Assembly: GCA_036505795.1 (NCBI GenBank)
Contig: DASXSU010000049.1
Location: 3,980 to 67,979 of the forward strand
Origin: Nitrospirales bacterium
GTDB lineage: Bacteria; Nitrospirota; Nitrospiria; Nitrospirales; NS-4
Reading direction: 5' to 3'
DNA: 64,000 bases
In this document: piece after piece, positions 53,907 to 61,693 of the stretch
How positions within the stretch are numbered: position 1 is the stretch's first letter
How the letters are laid out: each line of letters begins with the position of its first letter
Made by a program: the position numbers and the translations under genes
The notes under the pieces: generated by a model
Told to the model about the DNA's origin: nothing
Database searches by the model: none
The model's input: the letters and a program-made list of their open reading frames with translations, nothing else

Positions 53907-55270
53907 GCGTCATCTTGTTGATTGAAGACAACGAGCGCATGGCCAAGATCTTGGCGAGGCACATGGAGATCGAAGGGCACCAGGTCATCCTGGCTCAGGA
54001 CGCGGAAGCAGGGCTGGAAGCGTTTCGTAAACAAAAAGTTGATTTGGTCGTAACGGATCTGCGGCTTCCGGAAAAGTCCGGCTTGGATGTGCTGCAAGCC
54101 GTAAAAGACGAAAATCCGATGGTGCCGGTTCTGCTGATGACGGCCCACGGGACGATCGAAACCGCCGTGAAGGCCGTCAAGGACGGTGCCTTCGACTTCC
54201 TGCAAAAACCGGTCGATCCCGAGCATCTGTTGCTGACGATCAGCAAGGCGCTCGAGACTCGTCATCTCGTCACCGAGAATCTGATCCTCAAAGGAGAGCT
54301 GCTTCAAAGCCGCGAGGCGAAGCTCATCGGTCAAAGCCGGCTTCTTCTGGAAGCCCAGGAAAAGGCCAAGAGAGTGGCGGGAGGCACGACCACGGTCATT
54401 CTTCGGGGTGAGAGCGGCACCGGCAAGGAGCTGTTCGCGCGGTTGATTCACGATCTGAGCCCTCGCAAGGGTGGTGCCTTCATCGCCATCAATTGCGCGG
54501 CCATCCCGAAGGATCTCTTGGAGAGCGAACTTTTCGGGCATGAGCGAGGCGCCTTCACAGGCGCGGCCGCCCGTAAGCTCGGAAAATTCGAGCTGGCCGA
54601 TGAAGGCACGATTTTCCTGGATGAGATCGGCGACATGGAGCTGGGCCTGCAGGGCAAGGTCTTGCGTGTGATCGAGGGCGATCGTTTCATGCGTGTCGGA
54701 GGCACCACTCAGGTAAAAGCCGATGTCCGGCTGATCGCCGCGACGAACAAGGATCTGGAAACCGCCGTGGCGACACAAATGTTCCGCGCGGATCTTTTTT
54801 ACAGACTGAATGTGTTCCCCATCACGATTCCTCCGCTCCGTGAACGACGAGACGATATTCCCTTGTTGGTGGAACACTACCTTGCCTTGTACTCGCGCGA
54901 ACTGAAGAAGGAGGTCAAGATTGTCTCACCGGAAGCCTTGGCTCTTATGATGCGACTGCCCTGGACAGGTAATGTGCGTGAACTTCAAAATTGTATCGAA
55001 CGGGCTGTGATCCTGTGTGATGGCCGTACTGTCAAACCTGAACACTTAGGGGTGAGCATCCAAGCACCTCTTGCGGGCGAAGAGCCGTCTTCTAATGGTG
55101 GTCTTCAGGCGGTGGGCAGCGCCGCCGCCCGCGCTGCGGAGACCAAGCTGATTGAACGAGTCTTGGTCGAGACCGGCGGAAATAAATCGCGAGCGGCGGA
55201 AATCTTGCAGGTGAGCTACAAGACGTTGTTGACCAAGGTCAAAGACTACGGCCTTGACCGCGAACAATAG
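53903..55270 (+). CDS. sigma-54-dependent response regulator (REC-AAA+-Fis HTH; NtrC/PilR class)
   Basis: LLIEDNE...VVTDLRLPE (REC), GESGTGKE Walker A, GAFTGA, C-terminal GGNKSRAAEILQVSYKTL. Confidence 0.92.
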   Translation: MSVILLIEDNERMAKILARHMEIEGHQVILAQDAEAGLEAFRKQKVDLVVTDLRLPEKSGLDVLQAVKDENPMVPVLLMTAHGTIETAVKAVKDGAFDFLQKPVDPEHLLLTISKALETRHLVTENLILKGELLQSREAKLIGQSRLLLEAQEKAKRVAGGTTTVILRGESGTGKELFARLIHDLSPRKGGAFIAINCAAIPKDLLESELFGHERGAFTGAAARKLGKFELADEGTIFLDEIGDMELGLQGKVLRVIEGDRFMRVGGTTQVKADVRLIAATNKDLETAVATQMFRADLFYRLNVFPITIPPLRERRDDIPLLVEHYLALYSRELKKEVKIVSPEALALMMRLPWTGNVRELQNCIERAVILCDGRTVKPEHLGVSIQAPLAGEEPSSNGGLQAVGSAAARAAETKLIERVLVETGGNKSRAAEILQVSYKTLLTKVKDYGLDREQ

Positions 55271-55287
55271 CATTTACGTCGGGTGAA

Positions 55288-57417
55288 TTGTCTCCGCATT
55301 TGAAGCAGAATAGGGGTGCAGTGCAGTCTTCGTCACCAACTCAACCCGACGTTATCGCGGATCCCTGGGTCACCTGTTTTCTGACCAGCATGGTCATTCG
55401 CTTCCTGGATGGTATCCCGACCGCCTCCGGCCAGGTTGATTACCATCGCGTGATCGGAGTCGTAGAGGGCTTCGATCATATCCGCGATCCCAAAGGTTTC
55501 CTGCTGGATTCAAATAATTGGGTTCCGTATGCCGTTCTCCGCGAACTCATCCGATGCAGCGAGGTAGCCAGCGGGCAGAAGGATGTTACCTATCGCGCTG
55601 CCCTTGGCTACTTCGCCACCATTGAGGGGCGTCAGCCGGCGCTCATCGAGACGATCGCTCGCTACCTCGACGATGTGGATGCCGTGGTTCGCTGCTCAAA
55701 GCTCTGGGGAACCGCCTATAGCAACTATCTGGAGATGCAGGCGTTTGCTCGGAAGGATGAGGCCAGAATTCTCTACATCCTGGTCCGGTTCTTGCCCCCG
55801 GTGGATCCCATGATCGGCAATAGCCTTTTGGTCAAGGGGAATATCGAAGGGTTTTCGAAGCTCTATCCCTTTGTCGAAAGCGTCTCCTGCCAAGAAGAGT
55901 ACTCTCAGCTAAGGCTCTCCACCGTCTTGGCCGAATTCGGCGATCGGTATCAGTTGGTGAAAGAGAAAACAAAAGGAGCAGCGGACCGATGGGCTGTCAG
56001 GGAGCGGACGACCGGAGGGGTGATCGCGCTTGTTCGTTCCCAGACGCTTGGCAAAGAGGCGGTGCAAGGATGGGAGGGGGGCGAGGTCCTGGCGTGTGAT
56101 CGCGTAGGCGTGCCCGATGCGGCCGGCGCGGTTATGCAAATCGAGCGGGGCGGAATGCTGCGTCAGGGCCCGTTGGAATATGGCTTGCGAGAGGGCGCCA
56201 TCTTCAATGCACCGTACACCCGGTACCGGTTTGACTGGCAAGAACGCGCCAACCGTGCTGTGGAACAGAACCCGAAGGCAGCGATGTCCCGGCGGCTGTT
56301 CGATCATCTCCTTGGTCTCCAGAGCACCCAGCGACGAACGCTCAGCATTTTTATCCGCAACCGAGCGTTGCTGGAAGAAAATGCCCATCTGCGGGAAGAA
56401 CTTTACGGACGAACCGAAACCGGTGGGATGAGCGGCAAAAGCCAGGCTTTCCAGGACTTGGTCGGTCTTGCACGCACCGTGGCGCTCACGGACGCAACCG
56501 TGCTGTTAACTGGAGAGACCGGGACCGGTAAGGAGCGAACGGCCCGCCTGATTCACCATCTGAGTCCTCGACGCGCGGGTCGGTTCCTGGCGGTCAATTG
56601 CGGGGCGCTAGCGGAAAGTCTCCTGGAATCCGAGTTGTTTGGCCATGAACGCGGTGCCTTTTCCGGAGCGGTCGCGCAAAAGAAGGGCAAATTCGAACAA
56701 GCGGACGGAGGGACGCTTTTCCTGGATGAGGTTGGCGAGGTCTCTCCCGCAATGCAGGTGAAACTGCTTCGCGTTTTGCAGGAACGTGAGTTTCAGCGCG
56801 TTGGAGGGCAGCAGGATATCAAAGTGGACGTGCGTATCATCACCGCCACGAATCAGGATCTACCGAGTCTCGTCGCGGATCGGAAATTCCGCCAGGATCT
56901 GTTCTACCGGCTGCATGTGTTTCCCATCCGTGTGCCTCCACTGCGCGAACGGACCGAAGATATCCCGATTATCGCTGAACACATCATTGCACGGCACGCT
57001 GCAGCTCAAAAAAAGAATACGACCGGACTACATCCTGAAGCTTTACAGATAATGTTGAAGTATCAATGGCCCGGCAATATTCGGGAGCTAGAGAATGTCC
57101 TAGAGCGGGCGATTACGTTGGCACCTCCGAAGTCCACACTGCTCGGTCCCGAGCACTTGCCGTCAAATGTGCGAGAGGCGCAGTCGCCCATTTCAGGCGC
57201 AGGGCTGGAGGAGGTGGTCGAGCGAGTAGAGTGGCCCTTGATCATTCAGGCGCTCAAATCCGGAAAAGGCCTGACAGGCCTGATGAAGCGGATTGAGTGG
57301 GGTTTGATCCAGCGGGCGATCAAGGAAAACAGCGGCAACAAAACTCAGGCGGCCCGACTCCTCGGCCGCACCTATCGCTGGTTGCGAAAAGCGGAGACTG
57401 AGATGCCGGGGCCGTAA
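55288..57417 (+). CDS. sigma-54-dependent activator with an uncharacterised ~370-aa N-terminal domain (no receiver)
   Basis: AAA+ core GETGTGKE, a GAFSGA variant and an R-finger region. C-terminal Fis-type HTH NSGNKTQAARLLGRTYRWL. I cannot assign the N-terminal third to a known sensor family. Start is uncertain (ATG 55390 is an alternative). Confidence 0.85.
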   Translation: MSPHLKQNRGAVQSSSPTQPDVIADPWVTCFLTSMVIRFLDGIPTASGQVDYHRVIGVVEGFDHIRDPKGFLLDSNNWVPYAVLRELIRCSEVASGQKDVTYRAALGYFATIEGRQPALIETIARYLDDVDAVVRCSKLWGTAYSNYLEMQAFARKDEARILYILVRFLPPVDPMIGNSLLVKGNIEGFSKLYPFVESVSCQEEYSQLRLSTVLAEFGDRYQLVKEKTKGAADRWAVRERTTGGVIALVRSQTLGKEAVQGWEGGEVLACDRVGVPDAAGAVMQIERGGMLRQGPLEYGLREGAIFNAPYTRYRFDWQERANRAVEQNPKAAMSRRLFDHLLGLQSTQRRTLSIFIRNRALLEENAHLREELYGRTETGGMSGKSQAFQDLVGLARTVALTDATVLLTGETGTGKERTARLIHHLSPRRAGRFLAVNCGALAESLLESELFGHERGAFSGAVAQKKGKFEQADGGTLFLDEVGEVSPAMQVKLLRVLQEREFQRVGGQQDIKVDVRIITATNQDLPSLVADRKFRQDLFYRLHVFPIRVPPLRERTEDIPIIAEHIIARHAAAQKKNTTGLHPEALQIMLKYQWPGNIRELENVLERAITLAPPKSTLLGPEHLPSNVREAQSPISGAGLEEVVERVEWPLIIQALKSGKGLTGLMKRIEWGLIQRAIKENSGNKTQAARLLGRTYRWLRKAETEMPGP

Positions 57418-57442
57418 CAGCCGTGCCGGAATCGAACCCCGC

Positions 57443-57629
57443 GAAGATCGTCACTCTTTCTCTCTACCTCGCCTTCCTCAAAAATCATTGATTGTCACGT
57501 CCCCCTGCCCGAAGATCATCTGAACAACCAACCGCTCCCGGCAATACCGGATTGTGAAGGGTCTAGCGATTGGGTATGAACGGATCTGTACGCGAATGAA
57601 TGGCTGTTCAGGGTCTGTAGAAGATCATT
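57443..57629. promoter_or_regulatory. three copies of GAAGATCRTY (57443..57452, 57511..57520, 57620..57629), candidate activator binding sites
   Basis: Read directly. Each copy is a near-palindrome centred on GATC. All lie 115-300 nt upstream of the sigma-54-like element at 57745. Confidence 0.35.
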
Positions 57630-57744
57630 ATCTCGTTTTCCGTTTGAGTCACTGAGACGATTGGTTCCTCGCTGACTGCTAACCTCTCCTAATCACGATG
57701 CAATTCCGTATGGGCCTATCGGTTCACCGCAACATTTGTCGTTC

Positions 57745-57760
57745 TGGCACGGCCTTTGGA
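57745..57760 (+). promoter_or_regulatory. sigma-54-like -24/-12 element with an imperfect -12
   Basis: TGGCACG-GCCT-TTGGA compared with the consensus TGGCACG-N4-TTGCW. The -12 GC is GG here. Lies about 95 nt upstream of the ATG at 57854. Confidence 0.35.
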
Positions 57761-57853
57761 TTAGTTTTAAGAAAGCAAGCATGAGCTTGTCACGTCAATT
57801 CTAAGCTGGGTAATCGGTCATACCTCGAGGTTGCCCGCAAAAGGAGATCTGCA

Positions 57854-58231
57854 ATGACACGACTGGCGCTGTTTTCTATAGTGGTAAGTGTATGGCTGTT
57901 GCCCGGGATCATGGGCAACGCGGAAGCAAAAACCGACTCTGTGGAGCGCAAAACCTTACAGAAGCGATCGACCGTGCGATACTCTACTTCGCCTTCTCAC
58001 CTCGAGCACCCCAAAAGCAAGGGTAGCGGGAAAGAGATGTCCTTTGAAGTCCTGCGTATGCTATCGACAGGAATGACCAAGGCCGAAGTGATGAGCCGGG
58101 CAGGCTTGCCACAGCACACATTTCGCCAAGGCCGCTCCTCGACCTGGGTCTATTCGGCCACGGATCACTGGATAGTGGAACTCGCTTTCGGTGGAGGTCG
58201 TGTATCAGTCATCAATTGGTCGCGGCCCTAA
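57854..58231 (+). CDS. exported small protein with a BamE/SmpA-OmlA-like C-terminal region
   Basis: Signal peptide ...GIMGNAEA|K. LSTGMTKAEVMSRAGLP...W.Y......VELAFGGGRVSVI resembles the BamE-like fold signature. Confidence 0.45.
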   Translation: MTRLALFSIVVSVWLLPGIMGNAEAKTDSVERKTLQKRSTVRYSTSPSHLEHPKSKGSGKEMSFEVLRMLSTGMTKAEVMSRAGLPQHTFRQGRSSTWVYSATDHWIVELAFGGGRVSVINWSRP

Positions 58232-58612
58232 GACTCCTCACCGCCGAAGGCGCATCCTGTCATAGCTTGCCTTCACTTCGTCGGGTACCCCTCGCGAACT
58301 AAACAATCTTAGCTCTCCTTTGCTTTGAAGGCCGTCTACCTCAGTTCTATGAACAGCGGCGTTTCTCTGTGAACAGGCGTGCATGGAACTTGTCATTCTT
58401 TTAACCCGTTTAATTTCGGGCAAAACAAACCTTCCCCAATGCCTGCCGGACCTGTGAAGCCCATGTTGCACGCAGTCCCCGTGGTTCCTGATCAAAGCCG
58501 GGCTAAGACCTACGAGAACGCCGAACCATGCCGTTGAGCGTCATGATAATGACGCCAGGCATGAATATTGACATAGCTGTGCTTATTGCGAGCAACAAGA
58601 AGGAGAACGGCA

Positions 58613-59071
58613 ATGTCAATTCGGATGAGTAGGATGAGTGAAAAGGGAACCACTATCACGGAATTAATGGTCTCCGTCGCGATCGCGGCACTTTTAGTGG
58701 GCCTCATGGCATTAGGACTTCAGGCCATGGTTGACCGGGTCAACCTTGAAGCTGCGACCTCCGAACTTGTCGGTGATCTCCGCTATGCCAGAACCCTGGC
58801 GATCTGGGAACGCCAACCGATACAGGTCGCACTTGACACAGGTCAGCTCAACGTCACGCTCTTCCGTCGAGGGGATCGTACGCAACCGGTCCAGACTCCT
58901 CGTTCTTTGACGTCACGGGGCATTCGGAGCATTCATTCAAGCGCGGGTACTGCTCTCTCATTCAGTCCAGCCGGAACAAGTGCGACACCGACGACCGTCA
59001 CCCTGGAAGGACGCAATGGTGATCGGCGGATGGTCATGGTCAGTCTAACCGGCGTTGTGCGCGCCCGATGA
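58613..59071 (+). CDS. type IV minor pilin / pseudopilin, GspH-FimT-like
   Basis: AGGAG RBS. Prepilin N-terminus KG|TTITELMVSVAIAALLVGL with Glu at +5. Confidence 0.75.
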   Translation: MSIRMSRMSEKGTTITELMVSVAIAALLVGLMALGLQAMVDRVNLEAATSELVGDLRYARTLAIWERQPIQVALDTGQLNVTLFRRGDRTQPVQTPRSLTSRGIRSIHSSAGTALSFSPAGTSATPTTVTLEGRNGDRRMVMVSLTGVVRAR

Positions 59072-59544
59072 ACGGCGGTGAACATGATCTCCGGTGCGTA
59101 GAGCGCGGCTGCTCGCTAGTCGAGGCATTGGTCGCCCTGTCCGTCCTTTCTTTCGTCTTGGCCGGAAGTTTGGGCTCGTTCGTCCTAACTGAAGAGGGCA
59201 TCGCCGGGGGTGCAAAGAGCATGGCTATGACAGCATTAGTCGAAAACAAAATTGAAGCTTTACGGGCGATCCCTTACAAATCTCTTCTTTCTGCTGACCT
59301 TAACGAAGAAGGCAAGACCGATATGGTGTTCCAGGAAACAGCCAGCGGACAATTTCAGGCGCAGCAAACGGTACAAGGAGCTCTGGTGACCTCCACAATA
59401 ACGCTCGATCACCCGATGCTAAGCCGGTCTGGAGCAGCGACGATCAAAGTGGCAGCGGAGTGGAACGATCCGCGGGGCCGACATCGTACCGTTCGATTTG
59501 GCCTCAGGCGTGCCAACCCAGTGTATACCGGGGTGACGCAATGA
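59068..59544 (+). CDS. type IV minor pilin, PilV-like
   Basis: RG|CSLVEALVALSVLSFVL with Glu at +5. ATGA overlap with the upstream gene. Confidence 0.7.
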   Translation: MNGGEHDLRCVERGCSLVEALVALSVLSFVLAGSLGSFVLTEEGIAGGAKSMAMTALVENKIEALRAIPYKSLLSADLNEEGKTDMVFQETASGQFQAQQTVQGALVTSTITLDHPMLSRSGAATIKVAAEWNDPRGRHRTVRFGLRRANPVYTGVTQ

Positions 59545-60290
59545 GAAGATATCCCCAACAGCGATTGAAAGCGAACTCTGAACGGGGAGCCTCGCTGGTG
59601 GAAACGATAGTAGCCGCCGCCTTAGGAATGATCATAACCGCTGCCGCGCTTGACGTGTTTGTCATGCACCATGGCCATTTCTTGGCTCAGCGGGCGAAAT
59701 CCGAGGCACAACAGGACATCCGCGGCGGCGTAAATTTGATGGCAGCCGAAATCCGGCTAGCTTCGCCTATTACGTCGATGAAGGCCAATGAGGTTGGGTT
59801 CCGCGCCAATGTCAACGACGTGCACGGGACAGTGTTGGCCGCCGTAGGGGCAGGCCAGGCCAATGCGCACGTGACCCCCAGTGAGAGCTGGGTGCGCAGT
59901 AAAAAGGTTCGTTTCTGCAGTCCCGTGGCTTGCGAAGAACAGATTCTAGCCCATGATGGCACATCGGGCCATCTGGGGTTAACGGGTATTCTGCTGCACG
60001 ATTTTCCAGTTGGGAGCCATGTGGAGGTGATCAATGAAGTTCGTTATTACATAAGCCGAACATTGCCGACCAATTGGAAGCTGATGCGCGAAGTCGACCA
60101 CGGAGCGAATCCTCTCATCGAGCATGTCGAAAAGCTATCGTTATCGTACGTCAAGGACTGCGGGCGGCCGGCAACTCGATCCGAAGAAGTTCGTGTCATC
60201 CGACTCCAGATTCAGACAAGCGGGATTGACGGTCACGGGGGACGTTTCTCTCGGACCCACCACCAGGACATGGGAGTGAGGGCATTATGA
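59541..60290 (+). CDS. type IV minor pilin, PilW-like
   Basis: RG|ASLVETIVAAALGMIITAAAL with Glu at +5. The ATG at 59541 overlaps the upstream stop. Confidence 0.7.
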   Translation: MRRYPQQRLKANSERGASLVETIVAAALGMIITAAALDVFVMHHGHFLAQRAKSEAQQDIRGGVNLMAAEIRLASPITSMKANEVGFRANVNDVHGTVLAAVGAGQANAHVTPSESWVRSKKVRFCSPVACEEQILAHDGTSGHLGLTGILLHDFPVGSHVEVINEVRYYISRTLPTNWKLMREVDHGANPLIEHVEKLSLSYVKDCGRPATRSEEVRVIRLQIQTSGIDGHGGRFSRTHHQDMGVRAL

Positions 60291-61654
60291 CCAACGTACG
60301 GACCGAGAAAGGGGCGGTGCTGCTCACGTCGCTTATGTTGGCGGTGCTCCTGTCTCTCTTAGGCACTGTCGCCATCAACTTTGCAATGACCGAGACCGAA
60401 GCCTCGCGACGCCAGCTCAAGGAATCTTCAGCCCGGCTGCTGGCGGAGAGTGGGGTCGAACAGGTGATCGTCTGGTTCAACCAGGGAAAACTTCCGGGCG
60501 ATGAGCGAACCAATTTGCCTGCGGTTTTCAAAGGCACGGCGTCCACTCCGGATGTTAGCTACGATGCCGTTCGTCCCGAAGATGATCACTTATTGAATGA
60601 TGCGGAGGCCGGTATCTTTCGAACCTTGGGTGAGTTCGGGCGTATTGAGCACATCCGCTTATACGGATCGACCCGTCCGGAAGGTCTTTGCACGGTGGAG
60701 GTCACGTCCCGCTCTAAGCATGGGGTCGGCCGGTCAATGTCGCTTGAATTGGGAGCGACCCGCATCGCTCCTCTGCATGTTGCAATTCAAACCGGGGCGC
60801 GCACCTCTTCAGACGGTACCGTGACACCCCGCCTGTTGGCCCACTGGGGCACGGTCCGAATCGCTGGAAATGCGCGCCTGGGTCCAAGCGATCAGATCCC
60901 CAGAAAATACTCAGGCGCCGCCGTGTCGGGTCAGGGATACGGCGAGGCAGGAACTGCGCGGGAGGACCGATGGTCAGAAATATACATCGGCGGGACGGCG
61001 CAATTTGACGATGCCGATCGAGCGTTTCCCTCCAATGTCCATCCGAATCAAGACCCTTTCCCAGGGCTGCCTGCCGATCCGTGGCAGTATCACAAGTTCA
61101 AACAACTGGCCATGAAATCGGGGTCGTATTATGTAGCGGATCGTGCAGGGTTACTCTACCGTGACGGGGTGATGGACCCAGCAATGGCTCAAACGCCGGA
61201 TGAGGTGTTTGGAAATGGCGGCCTTCCGGCAGGACTGATCTTCGTCGACACCCTGGATCGGGCGGCCCCATCGGCCGATAATTTGCCAACCATAACGGTG
61301 ACGTCGCCGTACATTGAGGGAATGTTTTTTATCAATGCCCATCTTACGCTAGCCCCTGAAAGTCCAGGGAAGACCATTGCAGCTCTCTCTCCTCCATCAG
61401 AGGGCACAACCGATGCTGCCTCCCGAATCCCGGTCAGTATATCTGGTGTGGCTGTCCAGGGTGTCCTTCACACTACTGGTACGTTGCATACGGACAGGGC
61501 AATAAGGATTTATGGATCACTCGTCGCGGAGCGAGGACTGACCGGAGCGGGACTCTTGGAAACCTGGTACAACTATGATGCAGAGCGTGGTCTTTTTCAG
61601 GGGCTGTCTGTCGTCTTTCCGCTTGCGGGGAGTTGGAGAGAATGGGGCAGTTAA
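60287..61654 (+). CDS. PilX-N-domain protein, unusually long (455 aa)
   Basis: KGAVLLTSLMLAVLLSLLGTVAINFAMTETEASRR is a PilX_N-type anchor without Glu at +5. The large C-terminal region has no motif I recognise. Confidence 0.65.
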   Translation: MTNVRTEKGAVLLTSLMLAVLLSLLGTVAINFAMTETEASRRQLKESSARLLAESGVEQVIVWFNQGKLPGDERTNLPAVFKGTASTPDVSYDAVRPEDDHLLNDAEAGIFRTLGEFGRIEHIRLYGSTRPEGLCTVEVTSRSKHGVGRSMSLELGATRIAPLHVAIQTGARTSSDGTVTPRLLAHWGTVRIAGNARLGPSDQIPRKYSGAAVSGQGYGEAGTAREDRWSEIYIGGTAQFDDADRAFPSNVHPNQDPFPGLPADPWQYHKFKQLAMKSGSYYVADRAGLLYRDGVMDPAMAQTPDEVFGNGGLPAGLIFVDTLDRAAPSADNLPTITVTSPYIEGMFFINAHLTLAPESPGKTIAALSPPSEGTTDAASRIPVSISGVAVQGVLHTTGTLHTDRAIRIYGSLVAERGLTGAGLLETWYNYDAERGLFQGLSVVFPLAGSWREWGS

Positions 61655-61693
61655 ATCTGTACGATAGGAGCACCGCGGCTGAAATGTACGAAC

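Noticed and set aside
58557-58572. A sigma-54 promoter in front of the minor-pilin operon (AGGCAT-GAATA-TTGAC).
   Set aside because: The -24 GG is present, but the -12 position reads GA rather than GC and TGGCAC is degenerate. The overlapping TTGACA has no acceptable -10 at 16-18 nt. The element is too weak to call.
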